A stretch of 64,000 nt of DNA from Tegillarca granosa (taxonomy: Eukaryota). Positions 38,156 to 51,526 of the stretch are shown here, one piece after another (positions within the stretch are counted from its first letter, which is position 1; each line of letters starts with the position of its first letter). The stretch covers positions 4,278,108 through 4,342,107 of the forward strand of contig CM056605.1 in assembly GCA_029721355.1 (NCBI GenBank). The letters are read 5' to 3'. The notes beneath the pieces are model-generated. The model was not told where the DNA came from. It worked only from the letters and a program-made list of their open reading frames with translations, and did no database searches. Position numbers and translations under genes: made by a program.

Positions 38156-41064
38156 AGCTTGAGCACTGTTTTTCCCCATCATTGTACTAACTCATTAATT
38201 TTTTCATTGTTAGTCAAAGCATATTTATGTGCTTGCATGACATCATTTATGTAATTAGAGCTACAAATATATTTGCTTTACATGTAAAGACCCAGACCAA
38301 CTTTTCTTTTGGCTTCCCATGCATTGATTCACTCTCCAATCAATAAATCATTTAGCAGAAGCATGTGAAGGGAATCTAAGACTGACCTATGATTATGATA
38401 GATTTGCAACTATGTCCCTGAATGTGGCATACTAGCAAAATGTACAAAATTTGTGATTTTTTTTTCTATACTATATGAATTTTCACACATCCTGCATTAA
38501 AGACATTCTAAAAATAAATTAACTTTGGCTATAAAATCTATTTCAATGCATACATCTATCTTCTTATAACAAGACAAAAGTTCAACTTGAGGTCATAGAA
38601 CTGCTGACTCTCTCTGTTCACCAGCTAAATACCTTTATAAATACCTTCTGGGTAAATTGAAATTTATAATCTTATTATTGATTTTCCATAATGAATTAAA
38701 AACTTAGAACTTTTTATAGCCTTTTAATATCATAAAACATGAAATTCCCTAGACAAGTACTACCAGTACCCACTACTTGTGATTAACTGTTAATAGCCTA
38801 ATAGGTAATTTATTTCAATGAAGCTGATAATTTTTTAGACAGGAACAAAAAAACTTAATAATGAAGATACAGAATTTGAAAAGTTTAATGTTTTAATGAT
38901 GAACATTTGATTTTATAGATGATGATACATAAAAATGAGTAAATAAAGTAGTCAGAGAGGAAGCTTAATCAGAGATGTGCACATATGCAGTTCAGTACTA
39001 AAGAGTGATGTTTGATGTGAAGAGTTCATCCAATGGTCAATGACCTGTCTGGATGGATTAAGGTAACAATTTTAATGGTACACTGTGTATTCATAATGAA
39101 ATAGTTAGAGAATACTGTACAGGGGTCAATAAACTAATCAGGGAAAAATGTTATATGCATTCAATAATAAACCCTGTGAACTCTGTCTGCTTGTATTATA
39201 CTACAGTGAATAAAGAAAATTACACCCAGACAACAATAAACCTCATTATAATATAGGACTTGAAACATGTAAATGTATGTTTAAGATTCAAAAAGCTGTA
39301 GAAAAACTGATTCAAAGTCTAAACTAATGTGACGTTTTTTTTTTTGATGATTCTAATATCTTTAAGACATACAGTGGTTAAAGTTGAAATTTTTGGGGCA
39401 TCATATCTGGTAAACTCATGATAAATACATTAACATGCAAGATGGAAAATCCTTAAAGAACCATTATGAATAAGTTTTGGACATTTTATTTACATACTGA
39501 TTGCTATTGACTATTGTAAAGAAGCATAAAAGTCTTTTAAAACTTTTTAAAAGGAAGTTTCATAGTACAAGTCTAATTTTTACATGTACAAGTAACATAA
39601 CAACAGTTCTGTCACAAAGGTGAAACAGTAAGACCTGTGCTTGTCAAAAAAATCCTTAAATAACATTTATCTTCAACTTACTTTTTCTTACTTCTATTTT
39701 TTTTTTTTTAACTTTATATACTAATGTAATAGTGATCATGAAAAATGGTCAGGATTTTTAGATTTGGGTCAACCAGTGTCTTAGCTTTCAACAGGGATCT
39801 CACTTTAATATAAACCATATGTTATTGTCATACAAATAAATTCTGGTCATCATTTATCAATGCTTATTTTAGAAATAGAGTAATAATAATAAAAAAATAT
39901 ATCAGGGGTTTATTCATGCTTCTAGGACTTCTGACATGTGAATATTCATGATAGTTAAAAAATTTTAGGTACATTTGTACTAAAAAGCCTTGAGGACACA
40001 AACAGGTTAAGAGCATCTGTTCCAAATACAGGTAGTAGGAGGCCCTTGGTTAATAAATCTTAACTAGTCTGCAATAAGTTAAAAATGGTTTTTTTTTTAC
40101 TGTATGATGAACAGTAATTATGATCCTGTTCAGCTGACAAAGAACAAGGACAAAAATTACTGTAAACTACATTTCATTACTGATCACCTATTTAATTTAG
40201 AAAGAACTGAACATGTCAGCATTTTACCCCAACACCTGTACACAGTGGTTCTTCAACCTTGTGGTGTACTACATACTATGGCAGCCTTTCTGTGATGTTA
40301 AAATAAATAACTCTACATCTGTTTTATAAAAAATACATCCATCAATTGCTTAGAACAGCAGTTTTCATTCAAAACACTACATATCAACACAGTTAATATT
40401 AAAACAAATATAGGCAGTAACATCTGCTACAAGTAACTACAGGACAAAATCATAATGCATAACTTATTCCTATATAGACAATTACTAGTATATCAGATAT
40501 TACTTTTCTTCATTTAATCAGTAATTAATTGCAATTTAATGAGCTTTTTAACTGTCTTTACATTAGAACCACCTGAATACAATATATAGGTAATTTCCAG
40601 TCAATCCACCTCTTACAAATATTCACAAGATGAAATGTGTGTGGAGTCACATGGCATCTGTGCTACAGCAACCTAAACTAAATTTATCAAAACATGGAGT
40701 TTAAACCACTTATGCACTTTGATTACTATCAAGATAACTCTGAATGTTAGATACATTTAAAACAAAGATTTGACAGAAGTGCATATCTAGCTCATCCAAT
40801 AGCTTAATTGAAAATAAGACTTTTTAGACTAAAAACAAAAGATGACAATCACAAATGTGGATAGACATATACATCTTCTGAACTTCACTCAAGAGAACTG
40901 AAAACACAGGCAGGTACATGAACTACTGGCAGAATGTTAAATTAGAAAAACTGCAGTTACTGTCATCAGCTTACCCCATGCTGATGTTTCTAATTTATTA
41001 AAATTCAAATCTTCCTATACTAACAGTGATCTAATAGTGAAACATTAACAGTCAGACAGCTTAC

Positions 41065-41194
41065 CGTGTGACCTTTGAAGGCTGTGGAATGTCTGTCTTT
41101 CTCAGAATTTTCTTTAGAACTTCGACTAAATCCTGTCCAACTTGTTCTTCTGTTAAGGATTCCATGTACAAAGCTTCTTTACCACTCAGCCAAG
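41065..41194 (-). CDS. PAOX: Polyamine oxidase exon 3 (…AWLSGKEALYMESLTEEQVGQDLVEVLKKILRKTDIPQPSKVTR)
   Basis: Acceptor ttattatag|CTTGG. Donor CACACG|gtaagc. It joins exon 2 (g|ct = Ala) and exon 4 (CG|A = Arg) in frame. It parallels the PAOX (C/G)GFIAG..E.ME.L(S/T)(D/E)EEV segment. Confidence 0.8.
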
Positions 41195-42954
41195 CTATAA
41201 TAAACATACATGAATGTACAATATAAAGTTCCTGAATTTATACTAACACATTATCATACTTTGAAATTAGTATGTGTACTTGGAGGGTAAAGAATTGATG
41301 TTTATATCGACACAACATGGAGTGAAGAATGATTACCATTGGGATTAACAAACAGCAGGAATTTTGTGCCAAAAAAAACCTAAAAATTTAAGACAGTATT
41401 CAATCCAGATGTATGATTGGTAGGGTTATCCCGGACAAGGCCTCCAGAGGGTGGGACCATGTTTTCAAAAAGTGGGTGAACATAATAACAAAACTTGAGA
41501 GTTAATATCAAAATATCTGTATTAAGTAAAAGAAAAAAATATATACAGTATATATATATTCTAACTCAATTAAGACTGTAAAATGCACGGAGTTGGCCAA
41601 CAGACAGAATATTTTGGGGAACTACATTATCATTTTGGGCAAATTGCACAACATTTCCTTACAGATTGAACAAACAATTATGATCAATATACAATGCAGG
41701 TTACAGCAGGACATTGAATAACATTGATCTGTATCAATTAGTAATAATTAACAAATTTGAGACAACAGTTAATGGTTTGAAAATTTAACTTCTACAGGCT
41801 TTTCTTAACCTTATAAATACAGTTATTTACCAATGACATTGTGAATTCATATAAATTATTACCAAGATGACAAACTATTAAGAATGTTTCAAGATTTTGA
41901 GTTATATATCTGCCAAAACTGACACTGACCCTTGATTATTTTTATGGTCATTACGACTGAGATCCAGAAATAGCGATCAATTTAATTGTCAACAAAAATT
42001 TCATCAGAAACAAGAAAAGTTTTATATCCAGGTAAGTAATTCTTACATCTATCCAGGTAAGTATTAATTCTGACAAGGTTCTACAAGTCTTATAACCATA
42101 AAACCTAACGCTCTAACTCATTTATTTACGAATTGATGCATGCATAAACAAAGTGTGACAATTACAGCATCAAACATAGATCTAAGACCATTTATAAAAG
42201 TATTTATTATTCTATATAATTTATGACATATACATAAATAGAATATATCTACATAAAGTTTATTAAAAAGGTACTGGTACACTCAAAAGAGAAAAGATTT
42301 ATGAACCATATAAAATAGACAATTGTATTGTATATCTACTAACTGTCTTGTAAATAGAAACAGTTTGGTTGTTGTGTATTTTTATTATACATTAGAATAT
42401 GCTTATTTGTTGTTAAAGTATGTCTTGCTATTTCATTATGTATACATGTGGTAATGAACATTTCCACTTACCAACTCTTTACCTGGGAGGTTATAAGACT
42501 ACCATGACAGGCTTTCTACACCCACCCCCTTCCAACCCGAAATGGTGTGAAAACCCAATTATATGCAATATTTTGGACAATGACAGATGTTAAAAAATTC
42601 CCACAAACATTAAGATTACATATTCCCCATGATCCACAAATCTGTCAGAATCAGTTGACTGACATGCTTTAAACTGCTTTTCAAATATTTGATTTTATAG
42701 ATCAGAAAGTTTTCCTCATAATTTGTAATCAAAGAGCCAATGTGACATTTGGGTAAATGCAACCATATTTGATTCACATTTCAGAAAGCTTTTGGAATAA
42801 ATGATTTACTCACTGGGAATATCACCATATTCAGTATTTGACAAACTTTAATATGTGCACAGAAATGTGACACTGAAAGAAAGTTTAGGAGATTCAATGA
42901 AAGTTTAGGAGAGTAAGAAGATTTACAATTTGCAATCAAAGAAATTTTACTTAC

Positions 42955-43866
42955 CAACAAGAACATTATCATAAATAATTTCAAAAGAGTAGATCTTGCG
43001 ATACCATGTATGTCTGAGATCGTTAATCTCTACATTATCAGAGTCCCATAACAACTCCAGTCGGAACACATCTGGTTCTGTGATGGCCTCATCAAAGTGT
43101 AGAATCACTTTGTCTACTATGCCAAAACCAATTCTGTCTATAGCTTGTAGTTTTTCTGTGGGTAATGAAGGATTAAACATTCTATCACATGCAGCTTTTA
43201 AAACTCCTAAAGAAACAGTGCATATCACATGGTTTGCATAGAAAATCTCACCATTTTCACACTGAACACTTATCTCATACTGGTTGTCTCCAGAATGTTT
43301 TCTGTTCCAGTTTACACTTCTGACAGCTTGATTCAGTTTTATGCTGCCTTTTGGTATTTTTTTCTTGATAATTTCTAGGACTTCACTGAAACCGGGAGGT
43401 ATTGTATAATGAACACCTGGTAGTTCTTCATATCCACCAAATTCACTAAGCGATACATCATCTAATGAATCACACCCTGATATACAACACTCTAAAAGTT
43501 TGCGTTGGTTGAAAATTAATTCTCTAATGCGTTTATCACCATTTTTGTATCTTTCCATTTTTTCTTCAAATTCTCTTTCAAGATATGCACCTACACTATC
43601 ATTTTCCTCTAGTGTTGGGATACCACTTTGAAAGAAATCTTCAGCATTTATTATTAGCTGTCCATAGATTAAGTTTACTTGATTGACAATTCTTTCATTG
43701 GCTTCTTCGCCTGATTCTGTGACATATATATTACGGTGTCTAAGACCTTTGTCTCCATGACGTAATTGCAACAGATTGTTCTCCTCAGCAATCTGAAATA
43801 TTGGATTCCTTTCAACTCCATGAATCCAGTTAGCTCCCATTTCAATTTTTTGTCCATTCTCAGTTT
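42955..43866 (-). CDS. PAOX: Polyamine oxidase exon 2 (about 304 codons: …ETENGQKIEMGANWIHGVERNPIFQIAEENNLL…HTWYRKIYSFEIIYDNVLVG)
   Basis: ORF track 42947-43840 (297 aa), extended 26 nt upstream to the acceptor gtttcag|AAACTG and cut at the donor CTTGTTG|gtaagt. ELGANWIHG and the substrate-domain colinearity with PAOX/SMOX support the call. The printed sequence versus the ORF track implies a 1-nt ambiguity near 43800, so the start is 43865-43866. Confidence 0.85.
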
Positions 43867-44214
43867 CTGAAACACAAACATATTGAATACAATGTATACC
43901 GTAGGTACCAGGTATATCAATTAAAAAATGTCATTTAAATTAAAATTCCATTTACTTGTTTTAAAAACCAACACAGCTAGAAAATGTTTAAAAGAAAATA
44001 GTTACTAAAAAGTCTTCTATCAAGAAAAATAGACTCATGCTAGTCAGCTTCTGAGAGTGTCATGACTCCCTGTTCACATTACAGAATTTTTTACTCCCCA
44101 ACATTTTTTTTGTTGAAAAGTCATGGAACCTACAGTGTACAAGAACACTAAACATTTGAAATACCTATACATTAATCATTTGAAATACCTATGTCAGAGT
44201 TAGATATGTTAACA

Positions 44215-44295
44215 GGACTGAGAAAAATGCAGGCTCGGACCAGGGATTGAACCTGGGACCTCCAGCTCTACAAACTGAACTACCCAGACCGCTAC
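44215..44295 (-). other. tRNA-like pseudo-element (SINE-type) copy 1, lacking an anticodon arm
   Basis: Minus strand GGTCTGGGTAGTTCAGTTTGTAGAGCTGGAGGTCCCAGGTTCAATCCCTGGTCCGAGCC. The D-arm-like and T-arm (CCAGG-TTCAATC-CCTGG) are intact. There is no anticodon stem-loop and no pairing acceptor stem. Confidence 0.6.
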
Positions 44296-44432
44296 ATTTC
44301 TCCTGTTATTCTTGAGCTTACCATGGTCCTATGGGGAATCTCACCCTAAATTCCCTCAGATGGACTTTATTTGGTCGTAGTTGCAAGTCCACCACTTCCA
44401 AGGGCCACACTGGCCAACAAACTGCAACAGGA

Positions 44433-44527
44433 GGGAGAAAAATGCAGGGTCGGACAGGGGAACGAATCTGGGACCTCCAGCACTATAGGCGAGTGCTCTA
44501 CCAACTGAGCTACCCAGACCGCTACAT
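44433..44527 (-). other. tRNA-like pseudo-element copy 2, with an anticodon-arm-like insert (loop CGCCTAT, Arg-CCT-like) and defective stems
   Basis: Minus strand GGTCTGGGTAGCTCAGTTGGTAGAGCACTCGCCTATAGTGCTGGAGGTCCCAGATTCGTTCCCC..., followed by a TTTTT run. Position 33 is G (not U). The acceptor 3' strand does not pair. It shares its flanks (gcatttttc / gctacat) with copy 1. Confidence 0.6.
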
Positions 44528-45664
44528 ATGTTTGCACCAGATCAAAGAACTTGTTATCCCAATTGTAATAAGCACATAGATTACATTTAACTAATCTTGT
44601 AGGTATAAATCTATACATTTTCATCTTCAAGTAAGCTTTGCAGATTTTAAAAACATTATAAAAGTAAACCAAACAGCTATTACTTGTCAAATATTCCATT
44701 CAAAGTTGAATCTAGCTAGGCTTATGTCATTTTCAGACAATAATGTGCATTGGTTTTAGCCATGGAGGGGGGGGGGGTCTGAGTAGACGATATCCCTCAT
44801 ATGACTGAAGAGTGCTTTAGTTGGTTTAAGTAACTACCAGTAAATCTTAAAAGTAGTTTTATTTACTAATATAATATTTATAAGCCACATTCTAAAAAGA
44901 TGCATGTAATATTTAAATGTAAATATTATTATTATTATATGTGACACTTAAATAATATAATTTAATTTTATTATTATCATCACAATTAATATTTTGTGAT
45001 TTCAGCAGTTTCAACATAGCTATTACTGTTTGATGTCTTGGGTTTGATATTTCAGACTGATTCCTCTTCCTTAGTGCTTAGTGTCACTTACATTAATTTA
45101 TTTATTCTATATAATACTGAGATTGTTTCTATTTCGTGAGTAGTCACTTTCATTTATATGGTCTTAGGTATACAATGAAAGGCAAGTGGACTGGGTCAAA
45201 AACGGGGTTATGACCTGGAAAGATACTTTGGTTGTCAAACATACAGATAGACACCCAATGTTTTTTATGTTTTTAATGTTTAGATTTTACAAAACCAATA
45301 TTGTTCCTATGTTTATATAAAAACTAAAAATATTCAGATACCGATTGGCTAGACTGTAGACAAGTATGATAGTCAACGTCACAAACGGTTATTACGTCTG
45401 TCCTTGGCTAACCTTCACATTGAGTAGATCGATTCAGCCATTCACAAAAATATTTACGTAGATGTCGAAATGTTCTTGAATATCTTTAACCCAAAAGATT
45501 TCTGTATATTGTTAGTCACAGGTAAAACAGATAATTTTCAGACATTAATAAAATTTTACTTTTAATTTTTCCATTTACAGTCACACTTTACCACCTCTAA
45601 TTATGTAAGACAGAACTTAGCCAGTCACGTACTTCTAACATGACTACTGATAACAAAAACTCAC

Positions 45665-45842
45665 CTAGTTCGACAGTATAGATTCTGCCTCCTGTTCGAC
45701 CACTGGCTTCTAAAATCACAAAATCACTGAATCCACTTTTAGCCAAGTGTTCTGCGGCGGCAAGGCCTGATATCCCTGCCCCAATAATGACAATTTTCGG
45801 TTCATTTTTCAAACATAGGGGTCCGTTCTGTTGAGACTCCAT
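45665..45842 (-). CDS. PAOX: Polyamine oxidase exon 1 with the start codon (MESQQNGPLCLKNEPKIVIIGAGISGLAAAEHLAKSGFSDFVILEASGRTGGRIYTVEL)
   Basis: ORF track 45597-45842. GAGISG plus the E(A)S.R.GGR dinucleotide-binding motif of FAD amine oxidases. A perfect donor CTAG|gtgagt at 45665. The exon ends with 1 nt that joins exon 2 (g|aa = Glu). Confidence 0.85.
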
Positions 45843-47615
45843 AACACAAAACCAACAGCTGATGTACAGCTACCTCGTTCGCAAATATTTCTTTGAATTA
45901 TACGTAAGTTCTTGTCATAAAAATGTGTGAAACTGTTCTTTCTTATGACACATGATTTTCAGGTTTCAAAACTGGTCTGATTCAGAGTTTAGAAACATCT
46001 CATATCATTTTCGTGCCTTAGTTCGGTTTCCCTAAACGCGTTCACGCATATTTTGATGACGTTTAGTGATGTATTCAAAGGTCAAGGATCAAAGGTCAGA
46101 TACATTACAATAATTTCCACACTGTTTACATAAACTTTTCCCCAGAAATAGGTAAGAATATGTTGATATAATAGCAAACCAAGGTAATCACCAGCAAAAT
46201 TTTCCCTCAAAGCAACGTCTACAATATTATGCAACATTTGGATTCTACCTGTGGCAGGGAGGTACAGTGGGGATCATTATCGTCTGCTAATCTATAAATA
46301 GTATCGTCAAGACTACAGTACAAGAGGAGTGGCCAAGATGTACTTATTTACACTTAAAAGCCAAACAAATATCGATGATATGCGTAAACCCCATTGTCAA
46401 TAAATTTACCTGCATATTTAAGTAATTTCAATTTATATTATAATTCGGTAAAATCACTTTAATAATAATAATAAAATAATAACAATAATAATAATAATAA
46501 CCAAATAAATGAATTTCACTAAAATTCAATTCCGGAAAGTTCATTTCAAGTTGAGTGCATTTGATTTTTCCTAACGGCAAATTCCCGTTGACGTACTTAA
46601 TTTTAAAATGTCGATTGTTAAAACGTCATTTTTGTTAAGGATGGGTTGACTTTTACACAATAATTACTGATTATGATAACGATAATAGATTGTTTGACCA
46701 TCACATCCATTAATTGTATCACACAATCAAAAATAAAGGAAACAAAATACAAAAATAAACGACAAAGTACTTAGCGATTGATTATTGAATCATACAAAAA
46801 CTGCTTTAAGTGTCATAAAAGCCAGGATATTAAATAAATAAAAACAAGATACTTAATAATTTCCAATGTCAAATCTATATCACATCTTGACCGTGATTCA
46901 TATGTTGATTTGAATTTTATTGATCTTTTAAACCAATGCACGTGCTGTCTTGTCATGTGCTTTATAAAATTTTCATGTGTCACATGGTCTTGAATTTCTC
47001 AAAATTGTCTATTTTTTATTATAAAATAGAAATTGAGAATTAGCACATGACAAAATAAATCGTTACATTTTTTAAAAAAGAATCCCGTTTGACGGTTGGC
47101 ACAGTCTTACGTTCGAAATTTGCTACAGTCTTTTTCTTTCTTTTCCCTTAATATCCGATGTCCTGCTTAGACTTATTAAAACCAAGCGTGAGATAACTCG
47201 CTATTATTTATCATTACAAGTATACGCGGAAGGTTTCGTCTTTTAAACGACGGCGCTGTCTAAATGTAACGTTGATTGATATATTGCGTGGTTATGTCAT
47301 GTGACGTTTGTACGTCATACCAGCGAGAATCTTATTTAAAAAATTTAAAAAAGACGAGAGTTTCTATAAATTTAGCAAAAAAAAAAAAAAAAAAAAAAAG
47401 GCACGTTAGTGTCAACGAACAAAATTTTATCTAATTTGTAAATAAAGACAGATGGACCAAACGAGGAATAAGTCCAAGTGAAAATAATAAAGCTAATTGC
47501 ACAAGAAGTCTCTTAGTAATTTTTCGAAAAATCTAAACGATGTTTATTGATTTTTGTTGTTTTAAAAAAGATATAAAATCACAAATTCGTAAACTGAAAC
47601 ATATCAGATCTGTAT

Positions 47616-48935
47616 TACGACAGACCATTTGGAGCATATACGATAGTTCAGTTGGAACATAACCTATTTTACGAAGGGACAGATGGAGCATAACTGGCCC
47701 GTTAACGATAGGTCAGTTAGAACATAAATTGAGCATAACTGCAATAGGTCAACCGGAGCATAACTTCTTTTTGTTACGATAGGTCTTTTGAAAAATAATT
47801 GTTTTGTATTATGATAAATCATTTGGAACATAACTGGTTTGTATTACGATGGGTCATTTGGAGCATAACTGGTTTGTATTACGATAGGCCATTTAGAGCA
47901 TAACTGGTTTATAATACGATAGGTCACTTAGAGCATAATTGGTTTGTGTTACGATAGGTAATTTGGAGCGTCACTGGTTTGTATTATGAAAGGTCATTGA
48001 AACATTACTGGTTTGTATTACGATAGGTCATTTTGAGCATAACTGGTTTATAATACGATAGGTCACTTAGAGCATAACTGGTTTGTGTTACGATAGGTCA
48101 TTTGGAGCGTCACTGGTTTGTATTATGAAAGGTCATTGAAACATTACTGGTTTGTATTACGATAGGTCATTTTGAGCATAACTGGTTTATAATACGATAG
48201 GTCACTTAGAGCATAACTGGTTTGTGTTACGATAGGTCATTTGGAGCGTCACTGGTTTGTATTATGAAAGGTCATTGAAACATTACTGGTTTGTATTACG
48301 ATAGGTCATTTTGAGCATAACTGGTTTATAATACGATAGGTCACTTAGAGCATAACTGGTTTGTATTGCGATAGGTCATTTGGAGCGTCACTGGTTTGTA
48401 TTATGAAAGGTCATTGAAACATTACTGGTTTGTATTACATAGGTCATATAGAGCAACACTGGTTTGTATTACGAAAGGTCGACTGGAGCATAACTTGTTT
48501 GTATTTCATAGGTCATTTAGAGCATAACTGGTTTGTATTACGAAAGGTCGACTGGAGCATAACTTGTTTGTATTACATAGGTCATTTAGAGCAAAACTGG
48601 TTTGTATTGCGATAGGTCATTTGGAGCGTAACTGTTTTGTATTATGAAAGGTCATTGGAACATAACTAGTTTATATTACATAGGTCATTTAGAGCATAAC
48701 TGGTTTGTATTACAATAGGCCATTTGGAGCATAATTGGCTTGTGTTATGTAGGTCATTTGGAGCATAAATGGCTTGTGTTATGTAGGTCATTTGGAACAT
48801 AAATGGCTTGTGCTATGTAGGTTATTTGGAGCACAAATGGCTTGTGTTATGTAGGTCATTTAGAACATAAATGTTTTTTTTTTTATTTAGAGAGGTCATT
48901 TGAAACATGATTGGAGTCGTTAGGTCAACGGAATA
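47616..48935. repeat. 35-bp tandem satellite, about 37 copies, with a 139-140-bp (4-mer) higher-order repeat at 47981-48537, about 1.8 kb upstream of the PAOX start codon
   Basis: Unit acgataggtcatttggagcataactggtttgtatt. The gtattatgaaaggtcattga variant recurs at 47981, 48120, 48259 and 48398 (period 139). ORF 48430-48615 is an artefact. Confidence 0.9.
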
Positions 48936-49397
48936 TCCAACAGAACATAAATGTATACCATAAACACATAAAAGTTCTAAAGCTTGCATGTCAAGCAGGA
49001 ATGTAAACCAACAACATTTCAATTTTAATATATTAGACGAATTTGAAGTAATGAAACATAGATAGTTAAATGTAATATACAAGAGTCCAACTTGGAAGAA
49101 AGCACAGAAAACCCGAGATAAAACAACTGATTATAAAGTTTGACTGTGGATCGACACCGGGCGTAATGACAAAATGTCGGGTTTTACGTAGTATGGTTAA
49201 AATTGTTCATAAAATTTTAACAAACCAATTTTTATTTTATTTCACAGTCCCACAACATGCACATTAGATAATATAGAAATAAAAAGAATTTTACTCGAGA
49301 ACAATTTGGCTAGTGTCCTTCGATAAAAACTTTGTAAGCAAGGTACTGCTACTTGAGAATAGCTAGATATCCTAAACAAAGTTTGTCATAATGGGTC

Positions 49398-49620
49398 AGG
49401 GCCCAGTTTCACAATCATTCACTCATATGAGTGTACACTCAACTCAAATATTCTAATTTTTCTTTTAACAATAATTTTAAAAAAATTATTTTCATGAGAC
49501 AATGTTTTTTTTAACAAATTTACAGTAAACAATTTAAATATAACATTAGATATTCAATTTTAACTGTGCAATGTTTTAAAAATTGGCAATGGAATATTTT
49601 CCAATTGTGAAACTGGGACC
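49398..49620. mobile_element. MITE (about 223 bp) with a roughly 17-bp TIR gg(c/t)cccagtttcacaat. It is the same terminal family as the MITE at 21045
   Basis: Left gggcccagtttcacaatcattcactc. Right ccaattgtgaaactgggacc. The interior is AT-rich and non-coding. Confidence 0.65.
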
Positions 49621-51123
49621 TGACGTCCATCTTTGTAGAATCACAACCATCCAATTTAACTTCTATCCATTACACGTCTCCACAACATGAATATGAGACT
49701 ACTTTAAAATAAGCAGATAACAGAATTTTAGTTGAGTAAAAAAGCAAACAATTTGGCGGATGTCCTTAGATAACAAAAAGGAAAACAAGTCTTTATTGTG
49801 CTTAAATCTAAAATTACGGGGAACTACTTAAAATTGCCAGACATCTTAAACAACATTAAGTATGTTGTATTTAATATGTGGTTTTGATTTTATATTTTCT
49901 ATCTCTGTTGGTCAGATAAGAAAACTATTTTTTACTCTTCCTGGTACGTGAAAAAGGTTGTTAAGTATAATGTTCCTTTATTACTGGCCACGTGACAGCG
50001 AGCTGATCATTTATTGTTTACGTGTACATTACATGTGATGCAATCGCCATTTTATCAGCATTGTTGTTATCTACTTTTTGTAATGGTTTTCTGAAAGTCG
50101 GAAGATATCCTTTTCGAAATTTAAAATTTAAATTGCTTGTGATTTTTGTGTTGATGACAAGCGTTTATCGAATTGAACGATGTTTCTGGATAAGAGTCAT
50201 TTCTAACAGATCTGTGTAAATATAAGCCAGATTGTTCAGAAGGCTTTCTGTTACTGAATGACTTTAACTGTTAAGAGGAGGTTATTACCATAAAACAATG
50301 TTGAAAATTATACGGTAGACCATTAATATTAGACAAATAGTTTTCCATATTCGGTTTGATTGGAGATGTTCATTTAGTTGATCAGTATAGTCTATAATGT
50401 ACAATCTGGCGTAAGCGACTACACTGTCCCAGGTTTTACAAGTTGTGCAGTATAGCAAGCGAAAACATAAAAAATAGATTTTTTGCAGATTTATCTGAAC
50501 GCCCCCGTTTAGTACGTTGTAGGTAAGACTTAAACGCTTTAAGAAGACGAAGTAGGCTAACACTTGTACAGTACAACACGCTAGGGGCGATATGGACGTC
50601 AAACATTTAAATAATCACTCAATATCTCACATTCTCAAACTTAAATATGTTTTAGTTTTAGTCATCGACAAATAAACTTACGAAATGGGCAAAAAGTGTA
50701 GAATAGAAATTCCTTGGCTATGTTTTACGATTTCTTCATTATCCAAATAAGCAAGTTTCATGAATGACCATATTATCTCGTTTCCGTTCTCTTATTTCTT
50801 TTCGTTTTGTAGCGATAGGGTCTTCGTTGTTTTGGCAATTTGGTTATTTTCATTTGTGTTAGCAAGCCAACTGCTTTCCGGATCTGACATTGCAGATGAT
50901 GACACCAAACGTAGAAACTCTACATTTGTTTATATAATAATGTTTTGCACTTCTGTAAACATGCTCTGAAGAAAAAGCCAGAACAACTCTGATCAAGGAT
51001 AAAAAAGGACTAATATTGATCGGTAGAATAACAAAAGTGTATTAATAATCACTAGAAAATTTCTAAATGAGTAATGTTAAATTATGATATACATTTAAAT
51101 AAATCTTTATTTTAGGCTGCAGG

Positions 51124-51526
51124 ATGGATACCTCTTCTCCTAAAAAGAAAGTTTCGTTCGCAACGCCATTTTTACCCGAAGTTTCTAGATGTTCTACAGT
51201 GGAAGTAATACATACCACCAAAAATACCCGTGTAGTAAAACCTGATTATAAGTCGTGGATACAAAATATTACACCACTCAGTAAAGTTTTAGATGAACAT
51301 CTGAAAAAGAAAACAAACAAACAAACAATCTACACGCATCAAAATGTTACAAACAGTGACATCTTGATCGATAGTTTTCTTATACCTGCAAATAATGACG
51401 ACAACAGAAGGCGAATTACAAATGGTAACACACGTATACAGAAAGAAAGTAAAGATAAAAAAGACGTAAACAAATTAACAAGACAAGCACATACACAGAT
51501 GTCTAATAAATCATTACGAAGAAAGA
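51124..51526 (+). CDS. Candidate first coding exon of an unidentified gene. The peptide is basic and low-complexity with an RVxF-like KKVSF motif
   Basis: ORF track 51124-51543 (139 aa). The ATG sits in the context tttag|gctgcaggATGG. A consensus donor AAT|gtaagt at about 51526. There is no homology I can assign, and the composition is K/N/T-rich. Confidence 0.3.

Noticed and set aside
42947-43920. Treating the 297-aa and 81-aa six-frame ORFs as complete genes
   Set aside because: The real exon is bounded by splice sites (acceptor at about 43866, donor at 42955). The terminal K-stop and the 81-aa frame are intronic or out-of-frame read-through. The 81-aa ORF starts at a non-ATG codon.
47200-47340. 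CpG-containing block with TGACGT motifs as a defined promoter or CRE element for PAOX
   Set aside because: It is plausible as a promoter region about 1.4 kb upstream of the start codon. I cannot locate a TSS, a TATA box or an upstream non-coding exon from sequence alone, so it is not annotated as a feature.
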